This document shows, in pieces, positions 28,070 to 40,192 of a stretch of DNA of 64,000 bases; positions within the stretch are counted from its first letter, which is position 1; each line of letters opens with the position of its first letter. The DNA comes from the human T2T-CHM13v2.0 reference genome, Homo sapiens. The position numbers and the translations under genes were made by a program. A model generated the notes under the pieces. It ran no database searches, was not told the origin of the DNA, and saw nothing but the letters and a program-made list of their open reading frames with translations. The stretch lies in assembly GCF_009914755.1 (NCBI RefSeq), contig NC_060926.1; one strand, given 5' to 3'.

Positions 28070-28405
28070 TACTTACATACATCTCTGCAGCTGGTCTGTC
28101 CCTTTCCTGATCCTTTGGCCAGAGAGAGCAGCCTTTTTGGTTTGATGTTCTTGCCCACACCTGCTAGCAGTTCCAGCTTGCAGGACTCACTGGAGCATAG
28201 TCTGGCATGTACAGGAAAGTTTTAAAAAGCCAAGGGACCCACCGCAGTGTTGATCCTCGAGCCTTAAGGTCTGCAGCACTCTACCTTCTTCTCTTTATCT
28301 TTCAGAGACCTTTCATATTTGCCTACTTACTTATTCCCAGGGATTTTCACAGTGCTTAGAGGAAGAACTGTGGAAAAGGCATCTCCATCATCTTGTCCCA
28401 GGACA
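28070..28405 (-). mobile_element. Ancient L1M 5'-end fragment, antisense
   Basis: Resembles 49960-50285 in this window (CTTTGGCCAGAGAGAGCAGCCTTTT vs CTTTGGATGGAGAGGGCAGGCTTTC; ends ATCATCTTGTCCCAGGA vs GCCATCTTGTTCTGGAA). Confidence 0.6.
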
Positions 28406-29924
28406 TACAAATATTCATTTTTACACTTTTTTTATTTTATCCTCATGAATATTAGAAACTAAGTAATCAAAGAAATGACTAATCTTGAAAAAATAAAACG
28501 AGAGCACTTTGGCTTCTTCCTCCCCTCCCCATGGGGAAGAGAAGACATGTCCCCCTCTCTAGCCAAGTCGGGGTCCAGTAGGCAGCACTTAGGAGACCTG
28601 GGGGTCCGAGAAATGAGTGTCCCGCCTCCTTGGCTAGGGACTGCGGTGATTCGCAGGTGCATGGCTTGTGTGTGTGTTGGTGTTAGTGGGGATGATTTGT
28701 TAATAGTGGAGGTTAGGAATGAAATGTTAGGGAGGGTTGGGAAACAGGATCTAACCAAAACCAAGTAAATTTAAGTCATTGTCTCTGGGTTTTATTCTCT
28801 GATGAGTGGCCCCACCCTCCCTGTCTGGGCTGGAGCCCACTCCGTCAGCACCCCGAGGGTAAAGAAAGGGCAGACCCTTTTCATGTGTGTGTCTCCACAC
28901 CCGCACACCCTGCCAGAACACAGCAGGGCCCCTTGCACATGCTGCCTTGCTAGAGTGGAAGTGTCTGCTGAGCTTCTGCAGTAGAACACATGCGGTCCTT
29001 CCAAAGGGGCTGTCAGAGCACATGTGGGCCTTAGGAAGAGCTCTGGTTAGGCGACCCTGGAAGCCACTCATTCACATAGAGAGGATACAAGGTCAGATCG
29101 TCTGGGATTACAGCCACCTTCTGTAAAGGATTTTTTATTTGAGAGAGCTTCTGGAGTATGTGAGTCCCATTCCCCACGCAGACAAAAAGGATTAAAATAG
29201 AAAATCAGGTTTCCTTTGACCCTTTCTAACAGGCCGTTGTGGGTGAGGGTGCAGGTGAACATGTCTCAGTGAAGATGCTGGAAATGCATCCTGTGAGCAG
29301 CAGGAGCTGAAAATGAAGTGAGCAAACAGAAAGCACACCCGTGGGTTCCAGTGTGGACTCATGTGGGTCAAGGACACCCCACACCGGACGCCAGTGTCAG
29401 TGAGGTGGCAGTAGAGTCCGAATGAGAGCTTCAAGGAGAGACTCCACTTAAATATCTTCCAGGCACAGAGCACAAGGCCAATTTCCACTATGGCACTCAG
29501 GAAAGAGCATCCCTGCCTCCTTTCCTTCCCCTCTCCACACCCCTTTCTCAGCAAGGTGGTGGGTGAAGGTGAGGGGAAGGAGAGGCAAACGGGACCGAAA
29601 TGGGACCATGCCTCGCCCCAGGACCTAGGATGGCAGGATGCCCCTCTGCAACCCTCCTGAGAGGGAACTGAGAAGGCGCCTTATTTTAAAATAGAGTTAT
29701 AAGTTTTGATTAATACAGGAGATTGTAAATTTTTAGTTACTGAAATAGACAGCGTCAGCCAACTTGCAGTGACTGTGAGGAATCTCATTAACAAAGAGTG
29801 ACAGGAATAGCTCAGGCCCTCCCAGTGGTGGCAAAGGAAACGGCTCCACTGCATGAGGATAAAGGGGAAGCAAGAGAAGCAAATCACCTTCCCTTTTGAT
29901 CACAACCACTTCGCTGCATCTTGT

Positions 29925-30155
29925 GCCATTTACTGAGGGTCTGCCATGTGTAGGTGGCACATTCAGAACCTTTGGGGAGACATGTCACTGTCTCCTGGGA
30001 ACCTTTATTTCTGATGGCTGTTGTCCCCACTTCATGGGAGTCAACAGGCCCCAGACATCATGCAACTCTCCGGAGACCTCACAGGTAGGAAGCGGCAAAG
30101 CAGCACTTCAGACTCAGGTCTGCTTAGCTCCAGAGCTCGTGCTGTTTCTACCAAG
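29925..30155 (-). mobile_element. MIR, antisense
   Basis: CCATTTACTGAGGG...GTCCCCACTTCA...GGAAGCGGCAAAGCAGCACTTCAGACTCAGGTCTG...CTCCAGAGCTCGTGCTG. Confidence 0.65.
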
Positions 30156-30169
30156 TGCGTAGGCAGCCC

Positions 30170-30680
30170 TTCTCTTGAACGTCTTCTACTTGCCATGGAA
30201 GGTGCTGGAGACACCATGCTGAGAAGAATTCCCATGTCTTCTGCCTTCTCATGGAGCCTGTAGATTAGTGGACAAGTGAGACATTCACAGGATACTCACA
30301 AATACACTTATTTGTATGTAGTGCCTGATCACCAAAGAAGATGAGTGCTTCAGAGGAAAGCAAGGGGTCGAGGGCAGCATGGGAAGAGGCTAGCTGTGAG
30401 TCAGATGCGGGAATGAGAAGATAATTAGGTAGGAGGAGAAAGAGAAAGAAGGGCAGGCAGTGGGAGCAGTGCACACAACACTGCTAAAAGGGAAGAGGTT
30501 CAGGTCTTGAAGTCAGGGACTGGAGTGGCAAGAAGGTGCTGGAGGCTGGAGCAGAGGGAGGAAGAAAGAGTGACGTGATGAAGGCCAATCAGCAAAGGTG
30601 GTGGAGGGCGGTCTGCAGGGGCCACTGCATGGGGCATTGTGGTTCATGGCAAGAAGTGTTGTCTTCACCTTAAGAGCCAG
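30170..30680 (-). mobile_element. L2, antisense
   Basis: GGTGCTGGAGACAC...CTGCCTTCTCATGGAGCCTGTAGATTAGTGG...GGCTGGAGCAGAGGGAGG, the purine-rich reverse L2 pattern. Confidence 0.6.
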
Positions 30681-32402
30681 GTACTTCCTTCCCATCCTGT
30701 AACTGAGACCTTGGGTCTGCCTGGTCATTGGATCCACGGGTTCCTTTTTAGGTAGGGGTGAGGTTCACACTGGGGAGCCAAGTGTCATGTTGATCGCCTG
30801 CTAGCTGTGTGACCCCCAACCTTGTGTCTCCTCACTTTAATAAAGGAATAATCATGGTGCCTATTTCACAGAGTCATTTGAGCAATGAATAAGTGGGCTG
30901 CTCTCACTGTTGGCTTCCAGGGAACTAGTGTGTGACTATTCTAAACCATGGGGGCTATAACGGCTAGAGTTTGGGGTGAGAAGCTTTCCCCCTTACCTTC
31001 ATAATTAGAGAATAAATTTCTGAGCAGTTTCATCTGCCTCTGTCCTCACTAAGTGAAATACAAACTTCCCTCCAGGCCACTCCGTCCTGCCATGAAATGA
31101 GCATGCTAAACATAGTGATTTAGCAAATAAGAAAACCAAATGTATTAATCATACACAAGGCTGCCTAACCAGAGAAAGGATGAGAACACATGAAATGAAT
31201 AGAAGCCCAGACATTTGTTTCAAGGGGTGGTTGGAAGAAGAGCAGGGGGAGGGGTAACATTTTACATTAACCAACGGTGGAGAACAGTAGCATTGCATCA
31301 CTCTGACAGCATGTGGACACAAAGATGTGGGTGGGGTGGGGGGCTCTTTCAAAACATGCTAAATTCTAAAATTAAGTCCAAGGTAGTAAAAGCAATCTGG
31401 AGGAATCAAGTTAGGAAGACCACAGAAGGGAGATACATGGGCATAATTCCATTATTTTCCATCCAGCTGGATTCATTAATAATATGACTAAAACTTGCAT
31501 TAATCAAAAGCACAGGTGTTCTAGTACCTGTGTTTTGTGTTTTGGATGTCCAGTATGCAATGGAAAAGCAGATTTTTGTGGAACATGCAAATACCTAATT
31601 TTTCACCTAAATTTTCACCACTGCTTAGAAGAGTGACAAAATCAGTTTTTTTCTGAGCATAAATTTCTCTTAACATAAAATATAACTTATAATACGTATT
31701 TATAGAATTGTTGATTAAAAGGAGATGGGCATCTGGTCGAATTCTAGTGTTGGACTCTGACAAACCCAGTGGGCATGGGTTGGGCTATGATGTGTGCTAC
31801 CAGCACTGCTTAAGATGGGGCCAAGCACAGACGCGGGGCGGAGACCCAAGGCAGAGAAAAGCCTCTCCCTGGCATGCTGCGCCCCTGGCCCTCAACATCC
31901 CTGTCACACTTCTCTCACTGGGTCCCCAGATTGACCTGGAATTCCTGCATGTCTGTTTCCACGTATGAGGACCGTGATCGATTCCTGTCTCTATTACCAA
32001 GTCCATGGCACAGAATCTACCATAGAGCACGGGCTCAGGACATTGTTATTGAACTGAAGTGCAGTCCCCAGTGTGAAATCTGAGGGCTATGACTAAATCT
32101 CTTATAGGAAACTGGACAGGACCTTGAATTTAGACAGAAAAGCACCCAGGTTAGTCAGGAGGGAAAACCCATGTGTGGCTTTGGTGGCCTGTGGGAAGCT
32201 ATCAGGCAGTTTATTAGCAGATGTGTGCATGCCCTGCAGATAATGATCTGTCTCTTAAAACTTCTCACAGACTTACACTTTCAAATAGAATGGAGTAACA
32301 GAAACTGGGTTTGTCCTCCTGTGCAGAAAATTAAAAAATAAAAAACACTAGAACAAACATATCAAACAGTGGTCTCCAAGACAATGGGCATTAGACAAGG
32401 AA

Positions 32403-32857
32403 ACCTGGATCATACAGTGTAGTAGGTACATGTTTAGCTTTTTATGAAACTGCCAAACTGTTTCTGACAGTGGTTGTACCACTGTCTTTCCTTTTCTTAT
32501 TCTCTTTTTACATGTCCACCAGCAGTATATTAGAATTTCAGGGGCCGGGCGCGGTGGCTCACACCTATAATCTCAGCACTTTGGGAGGCTGAGGTGGGCG
32601 GATCATGAGGTCAGGAGATTGAGACCATCCTGGCTAACACAGTGAAACCCCATCTCTACTAAAAATACAAAATACAAACAACAACAACAACAACCACAAC
32701 AAAAAACATTAGCCGGGCTTGGTGGTGGGTGCCTGTAGTCCCAGCTAATTGGGAGGTTAAGGCAGGAGAATGGCATGAACCTAGGAGGCGGAGCTTGTGG
32801 TGAGGCAAGATGATGCCACTGCACTCCAGACTGGGAGGACAGAACGAGACTCCATCT

Positions 32858-32909
<52 letters not shown>

Positions 32910-33260
32910 CAGGACCTTCACATCCTCTCCAGCACTGGTTTGGTTGGATTTTTTCATTTAATCCTATTAATGGGTCAGTACAGACACCTTATTGTGGTTT
33001 TAATTAGCATTTTCCTAATAGGTTATGCCCTTACATCACTAAAAACATGTTTGCTTAACCCAAGGTTACAAAGTGTTTCTCCTTTGTTGTCTTTTAGGAG
33101 TTTTATAGTTTAGGTTTCACTTTAGGTCTATGATTCACTTTGAGTTAGATTACGTATGTGATGTGAGGTATGGGTCCTTTTGATATATTGTTGAATTCCA
33201 TTTGATAAAATTTTGTTTGGAATTTTGGACTCTATAATCATGAGGGATATCATTTTATAG
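32403..33260 (-). mobile_element. Ancient L1 ORF2 3' fragments, antisense, split by AluY
   Basis: GAAACTGCCAAACTGTTTC...GTGGTTGTACCA; CACATCCTCTCCAGCAC; TTGTGGTTTTAATTAGCATTTTCCTAAT. Confidence 0.75.
32543..32907 (+). mobile_element. AluY with expanded (CAA)n linker and 49-nt pure poly-A
   Basis: GAGACCATCCTGGCTAACAC, GAATGGCATGAAC and GCGGAGCTTG diagnostics; linker expansion 32661-32708; A-run 32859-32907; near-TSD AATT(T)CAGG. Confidence 0.92.
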
Positions 33261-34057
33261 TTTTTATGTTTTCAAAACAAAATTTTTTGTTATAGTAGAA
33301 AAACGATCTTTCTTGTTTTTACATCCTATTTCTTGAAGATAATAATTTAAGTCTAAAACCGTCAATTCAGGTAAAATGAAGTTTCTCATATTACTGCAAC
33401 TTCTATTTTAATTTGTTATTCTCCAGAGTGAGCTCTGCTAGTGAGGAGAGGAAAGCCAACTGTAGTTTTACCATAGCTTACTATACAGCATATTTAAATT
33501 TGTAAATACAATGAATGCAGGTGTATACTCTGAACTATGTTCCTGTAATTGAGGCTAGGTGTGCTGATGTCATTGAGCTAGGTGTGCTAGAATTCACAAT
33601 TTTTTTCACCGCTTCTGATGGAAGGCACAGCAGGAAATCTAGATTACCTCCCTCCAGCACTCCAGCTTACAAACTAAATCTTCAGGTTTGAGTGACGAGT
33701 GTTGATGCTACAATGATGTGCTTAGAGCAGGACGGACGCTGCATTCCAGCCAGAGCAGCAGTGGAAACAGAAAATGGAGAGTCAGATGAGCAGCTTACCT
33801 AGAAGCTGGTCTTCCATCTACAGCATTTTAAAGGGAAGAGGGAAAAATCCATGAAGCCAGCACACTGTAGATGAACCAAATCTAAAATTAAGCCTTGGTG
33901 AGTGCCATCTTTTGATGGTTAAGGTAATGAGGAGAGGCATTCGAGTTATACTTTTCTTGTCCTGGATGCTATCTTTGGAGTTGATGACTGTCTCTGCTTC
34001 AGGGAAAGTAACCAGCCAGGAAAATAGCACTTTCAGGTCCCATTCCAGGGGATGCAT

Positions 34058-34195
34058 GATGCAGTAGAAAGAGCATGAGATGTGGAGTCAGTATCCTACT
34101 TGCCAGTGGCATTGGGCAAGCAACTTTAGCACTCCAACTCCACACCACTCTTCTCATCTGAGGACTGGAAACAATTCTCCTACCTCACTAGACTG
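34058..34195 (+). mobile_element. MIR fragment
   Basis: GCAGTAGAAAGAGCATGAGATGTGGAGTCAG...TTGGGCAAGCAACTT...TTCTCATCTG. Confidence 0.6.
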
Positions 34196-35128
34196 GGCTT
34201 GGCATGCAGCTAGGCTTCAAAGCCACTGCCTTTGTCCATAGAGCTGAGTGGCCACCACATGCACCTGCCCCTCCCCATTATGAGTCTTCATAAGGCTTGC
34301 TAGCACCTGTCTGCGCCTTCCTGACACTGTGTAGGAGCAGCCCCAGGTGAGCTGATCCATCTGTCAGCCACTTTGTGCAGCAGGGAGGCTCTGGCCTGCA
34401 TGGCTTGTCCCTTCCTGCTGGTCCAAGCGTTGAGGCCTGCTCCTGAGCTGGCGCCTGTGGGGATGCTGAGAAGGAGCTCCACCAACTCTTGACTCAATGC
34501 TGCCCGTCATTTTTATGAGCACTTCAGGAGCCAAATTCTGGCTGAAGGGAAAAGAAAACATATATTTTTATAGATCTTTACCCCAGAAATAAGTAAATCA
34601 ACCTTTCCTCTTTTTGAATAGCATGAAAAATTTTTTTGCTTTAGTGGAAACTTTGTAATAGCTGTCTTGGCTTTTTGCCATCAGCAGATGTTTATAAGCT
34701 AAGGTCTCAGACAGAGATAAATTGATTACTTTTTTTCTTACTTCAAAGCCTCACAAAAGATAGCGTGCCTGAGAGTTTACTGGGAAAACAGGGTTTGTCA
34801 CTATTTCTAAAATTGTATTATTTTATGACTAACAGTTTAAAGCCATGAGTAATAGTTTTTTATGTTTCATTGACTGCTTTTGACCATACTAATTATATTG
34901 TAAACAGAGGCTGAGATCCTCGGAAAATAGCAACTTTATGTTATTTCAAGGTAAAGGACTTGTTCAGCATCATTTGAGCATGACTCCATTCCTCTGTGCA
35001 AGGAAAAGCAAAACAAGCCTTTCATGGAAGGCCCTGCACACTCATTTTATTTTTACATATATTAAGGCTCATATTTGCAGCACTAGGAGGCAGAGGTTTC
35101 CATCTATAGATACACAAAGCAGACAGCA

Positions 35129-35173
35129 GTGTGTGTGTGTTTGTGTGTGTATGTGTGCGTCTGTGTGTGTGTG
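35129..35173. repeat. Imperfect (TG)n microsatellite
   Basis: GTGTGTGTGTGTTTGTGTGTGTATGTGTGCGTCTGTGTGTGTGTG. Confidence 0.9.
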
Positions 35174-36299
35174 GTGGGGGTGATGCGGGGGGCAGGTGCC
35201 AGCTTTCAGGGAGCCTCTCTAAAAGCTGTGTGAGCTTGTTCCAGCCCACCTTGGAAGTGCGCGCAGATCTTATACTGCTGCCATACCTGCAAGGCCTACC
35301 CTGGACTCTCATGGCAGTTGTGAGGTCCCATACGATGAGCCACAGCAGGTCTCTATCTTCTTTATTGTGATATCACCATGGGGCCCACAAGCCAGAAGAT
35401 AAAAGCACGGTCCTTGACCTGTTACTCTCACCCCCAGGCCCAGAGGGCAGTGTTTGTATTCCATCCCTATGCCCTGCTCTGGGATTCTGCATGGGTTTCT
35501 TCCCGTCTTTACTTATTGCCCTGACTGTCCTCACTAGGGTAGGAAGCATGGACCCAGGCTGTGCTCAGAGGCGTGCACTGGCCCCCACGTCCCCTCCACC
35601 AGTCCCATAGAGGCCAAGGTCCTGTGCATGGAAAAGAGTATCCTGGGATTCAGCTCTTCTCCCTCCATGATGCCCAGCTGTCATCAGATGTGAACCTCAG
35701 GTCTTTCCATCAGGGTGCACTGTAGGGCTCAACCCTTTGACTTTCCATTGAATGGGAGGGGGCGTGGTCTCGCCTCTGCATTGGTGCTCCCCTTCCACAG
35801 TGCATAACTGTGGCCAGCTGGGGCTGCTGGCCAAGCACTGGCCTCCTGGCTCTCTGCATCAGGCATGACCACATGGCTGGGTCTTGCCGATGGGGCACCT
35901 GTAGAGATGCTGTACATCACTTTCCAGCTGAGGGTGCCAAGCATTGGGTAAGAGGAACCCTCCATCCATTCGTCTTCCCCCATCAGCAGCTGGGTGATGC
36001 CAAGAGAACTTAAAAGCCGCAAAATGGCAAGGCCACAGGGGATGCAGCCTGTGGGAGGACTGTCTGTCCAGGAGCAGCCACTGTGGACTTTGCCTGAGTG
36101 AGGGAGAAGTTGTATTAGATTAAGTCGCTGAGATTTGTCAGCAGCTTTATATGGCAGGTAGTACAAACAAACTTGGAGAATGCATGGCCAGGTGGATGTG
36201 AACTGAGTCCTGACTGCCACACAGGCTTCCATGCTGCAAGCTACTGAACACCTCTGAGCATATACAACCAGAGCACAATGGGGATTTGTGAAAATGATA

Positions 36300-36790
36300 T
36301 ACAAACTGAGTTTTCTGATTAGACTGAGATGAGAATGGGATGTATTGGCTGCACAATCTGAAGAAACTTCAACACGGAGGCCATGGACAGAGCTATGGGG
36401 CTCTCCTCCAGTGCTCCTGGCCTGAGGTGGCAGTGTCAGGCAGGTGTCTCCATGTCACAGCTCAGCCTTGCACGTTCGTTGTCTCCAGGTGCCACCTTAC
36501 TTTCCTTTACTGATGATCAGCTTTCTCTACATGGCCACATTTGTAAAATCAGAGCTGCCAACAACACCCATGTGTTTTACATCTCACAACTTCCTGATCA
36601 AGTAGGATCCATCCATTTGCTTTCAAGTTCCCAAGTTTGAAATGGCAGGACAGGGGTTAGGGGCAGGGCCTGTGTTCAGAGCAGTCAGCTGCAGTAGGCA
36701 GGGTGGGCAGCAGGTGCTGGGCTGTGTCGTGAAGGGTAGCTCTCTCCTGGCAACGCTAAATGCCCAAGACACAAGGCTGACCCACAGACC
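36300..36790 (-). mobile_element. Possible old MaLR LTR (MLT1J/K/L-like), antisense
   Basis: ATGGGATGTATTGGCTGCACAATCTGAAG...CAGCTTTCTCTACATGG...GCTGCCAACAAC resembles reversed old MLT1 LTRs; highly diverged. Confidence 0.4.
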
Positions 36791-36960
36791 TCTCAGCAGG
36801 ACAAGAAAACAGTAGTCTCAGCTGCATGCAAGCTCTCCTTCAGCCCTGAAAGACTTGCAAGACCTGGATTTCCAACTGCCTAACAGGCCTCACCATGACC
36901 TGTCTGAAGTTGGGTTTTGGTGGCCCCAACCCACCGGCCTCCCTGGGTCCCTGTGGTTGC

Positions 36961-37040
36961 CAAAGGTGGCACCTCTCAGCCATTCAGGCTCAAAGCCAGT
37001 CAAAGGTGGCACCTCTCGGCCACCCAAGCTCAAACCCAAG
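36961..37040. repeat. 40-bp diverged tandem duplication
   Basis: CAAAGGTGGCACCTCTCAGCCATTCAGGCTCAAAGCCAGT / CAAAGGTGGCACCTCTCGGCCACCCAAGCTCAAACCCAAG. Confidence 0.85.
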
Positions 37041-38069
37041 CTCTGGCCAGTCCCCAAGTCTTCCTGTTCTCTGACCAGTCCACGGGGTTTCCACACACAC
37101 TCAGCAGCCAGCTGCTCTGGCTGCCCCCCTCCTCGGAACGCTCATCCTGCACTGTTGTCTCACTCCCCTTCTCCCCCACAATCAGTTCTGCACAGAGTGC
37201 TCCAGGAAGCCCCACATCCTGCTAGGCCACCTGGGACCTGGCTGTGCGCGCCAATGCCGTGGGTTCCTTTTGCAAGCCTGTCTGCTCCCGGACTGGACTG
37301 TGTCTTCCTAAAGGCTTTGTGGGCCACTAGCTATCCCCTTGTGGCTGCATTTAACTATCAGTGTGGCAGGTGCTCTGAAATGCATGTTAGGCTGGATTCA
37401 GTTCTGGGAGAAGAGCATGAGAGGCATCCAAATCATCCACTCTACTGTTCCTCCTCACCTATGGCTCCCTTTGGCTCTGCTGGTCAGAAAGGTTCCTTTC
37501 TGCTCGCTTAGCCCTACTGTGGCCTCACAGCCCCCAAGTCCCCCACACCCACCAGAGCTCAGCCCTCCAGAGCCTGGGGTACTCTGTAATTTTGAGGTTT
37601 TACTGGACCTCTGTGGAATGTGCCTGGCCTCAGCATGTCCACAGCACAGCATAGGGATGGGGGAGGTGCACAAGGGGCAGTTCACTGGAGGGAGCTAAAG
37701 TGACTTGTTCCTAAGACGACAAACCTTGAATACAGGAGGCAGCATGGTGTAATAGCAAAGAGCCTGGGATTTGGGAAATTTCACTGGGAAGTGTCCCTTC
37801 CAGCCAAGTGCCACTGAGGGACACACTGGCTGTGCCAGCTGCTACATCTGTCAGAAGAGGTTAATAAGAGGGACTGGGCACCATGCAGATAAGTAGCTTC
37901 GCAGCTGCAGAAGCAGCACCAGGGCCTGAGGTAGAGGGAGATGCAAGGACTGCTGGATAGCATCATGACTGCCCCAGGTGATCCTTCTTAGCAGAATCAG
38001 GAGTATGAGTGTCCTATTAAAGCTGAGCAAATGCGGTGTTAATGATTCAATAATTTGCCTTTATAAAGG

Positions 38070-38275
38070 ATAATAAAACCACGAATATATGCATCAGGTT
38101 CATTCCAAATGCTCTACATAAATAGATTAATTTTCAGAACTCTCCTAGAAGTAGGGCTACCAGTATCCCTATTTTACAAAGAAACTGTCAACAGAGGTTA
38201 AGTGACTTGCCCAAGGTCACCCAGCTTCGCCAGGCAGGATGGAATTTGAGCCCAAACACACAGCTCCTGACGCAG
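38070..38275 (-). mobile_element. MIR, antisense
   Basis: TATCCCTATTTTACAAAGAAACTG...AGAGGTTAAGTGACTTGCCCAAGGTCACCCAGC...GGAATTTGAGCCCA. Confidence 0.85.
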
Positions 38276-38293
38276 TGATCCTGAGTGGAAGGC

Positions 38294-38485
38294 AGTGTGC
38301 ACTGCCTCTCCTTGCAGGCATGTAGCTGAGGAGCAGTTGGCTCACCGCACAGCCTGGGTGCGTGGGAGGCTATGCCAGCTGGGTGTGTGTAGGTGCCCTC
38401 TATGATGTTCACACAGTGATGATGAGATGGCGTAAGGATGCAATTCTCAGAATTTTGCATCCCTGTCTCTAAGCGACGCAGACTA
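38294..38485 (+). mobile_element. Tigger3/MER7-type DNA transposon 3' fragment (TcMar-Tigger)
   Basis: GTAGCTGAGGAGCAGTTGGCT...CTCTATGATGTTCACACA...GATGCAATTCTCAGAA...TCCCTGTCTCTAAGCGACGCAGACT matches the recalled Tigger3a right end and TIR. Confidence 0.8.
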
Positions 38486-38689
38486 TTTTGTTTTGTTTTG
38501 TTTTTCTTTAATGGTAAGTGTGTGTGTGTTCAGTGTTTAAAAGCATAATGAAAACATGATACTCGTCACGCCTTCCTGGGCCTCGCATGTCCAACCCTCA
38601 GCCCTGTGTTCAGCCTTGTCTCCTAGAAGGCAAGCAGAGTTCCCTGACCGGGCCCCTGAATTGTCATGGGAAAGAAGAGAGCTTCAGAA

Positions 38690-38880
38690 TGGAGCAGGCT
38701 CTGGCCCAGATTTGCTCAGCCTCACATTCTCTGTGTGACCTTGGGCGAGTCACTTAGCATTTCCATATTTCAGCTTCTTCAGTTCAAAAATAGAGCTAGA
38801 ATTGCCTACCCTGCAGGGCTGCTATGATAATTAAACAGTTGAAAGTGTGTCACAGGCTTAGCACCGTGCTGAGAATTCAG
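38690..38880 (+). mobile_element. MIR
   Basis: CTGTGTGACCTTGGGCGAGTCACTTAGC...TCAGCTTCTTCAG...TGCCTACCCTGCAGGGCTGCTATGATAATTAAA. Confidence 0.85.
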
Positions 38881-40192
38881 CCTCATACCCCACAGATGCT
38901 GTCAAGAGCTGTTGGTTTAGGCACCAGCCATGCGTATTTCTTGAGGACACGTTGCCTTTGCTGCCCCAAATGTCCTTCCAACACCTGCACCTGGAGGATG
39001 TGCCCATGAGGCTGCCCATGTGTGCACCTTTGCGTAATCTAGGGCTTGGAGGGGCTTGCCCCAGGAGGGTGGCACTGTCTCTCCAGCATTAACAGAGACT
39101 CAGATATATCCTCTGTGCCAGCAGGATTCCAGTGGATCCAAGGTCAGCTCAGGCCGTCGGGTGCAGGAGGCAGAGCTCTGGTGGCCACATGGATGAATGA
39201 CGGTGAGGATCACGGTCCACCACACAGATGGCAGAGGCTATTACCCCCCAACTTTTTATTCTGCCCTGCCTCGGAGGCAGTCACTTCTTGATTTTTTTCT
39301 CGGTGCTGTGGCTCCCCACCCATTGCAGGCGACTCACACTCCTGGAGGCAGCGTCAGAAGGGGCGGGGCAGGACACTCCGGAAGCTCCCCTCACACCTGG
39401 TGCTCTCCTGGAATGCCTTCGCTGGATTTTAAAGTGTTCCCCCAGGCCATAGTCAGCCATCATCCACCTGCATGGACAGATTCAAGGCAGCTCCACCTAC
39501 CCCAAACTTTCACCATCCACCCGCGTGAGGTCAGCCTGGCAGGGTAAACTGCCCACAGCTCCCACATGTTGTCACATCACCTCTGGTCCTGCCCTGTGTT
39601 CTCGTTTTTGGTTCAGAAAAAGGTGCCAGGTAGCCAAGGCTATAGAAGCATGGTTTTGTTCTCAATGCCTTTTCCATATGTGGGAAATGAGCTGCGCTAG
39701 TACTAGAACCTCTTAAACTCCCTAATGCCCCACCTTCCGCTCAGGCAGAGGGAGAGAATCAATGCTCACAGCTGGATCCCAGCCTTCCCGAGCCCCCTGC
39801 CAACCCTGGGGCTGTGGGGCTGTGAGGCTGAGCCTTCCCTGTCTGCCCAGGGCCTCACTGTTCCACTGAGCCCAAGAGGGTGCCAGTTGACATGATGTGC
39901 TGGGGGCAATGCCTGCACTGAGGGTGACGGTTGGCAGAGCAGGCAGCCTGACACAGAAACAAGCTGCCTGCAGACTTCAGACAGAGAAAAGGGCTGTGAA
40001 GCCCAGGGCCCAACCTGCTGGGAGCTCAGGAAGGCTTCATAGGAGCTGGAGGCTCTCCTGTCATCCAGGTCCCTGGCAAGGACTCAGAGGGTATCTTATA
40101 AACTCTGAAGCTTTCAGGAGAGGAAAAGGATCTTTGACATGGCCCAGAAGGGAGCTATATGGAGAACATCACTGCGGGGAACATGTTTTCAG

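Noticed and set aside
35729-36304. 191-aa minus-strand ORF
   Set aside because: No recognisable domain, non-ATG start in the track, and composition typical of random GC-rich DNA.
36855-37511. Longest ORF in the window (218 aa, Pro/Ser-rich)
   Set aside because: TTG start, runs through a tandem duplication and L2-like sequence, no recognisable homology.
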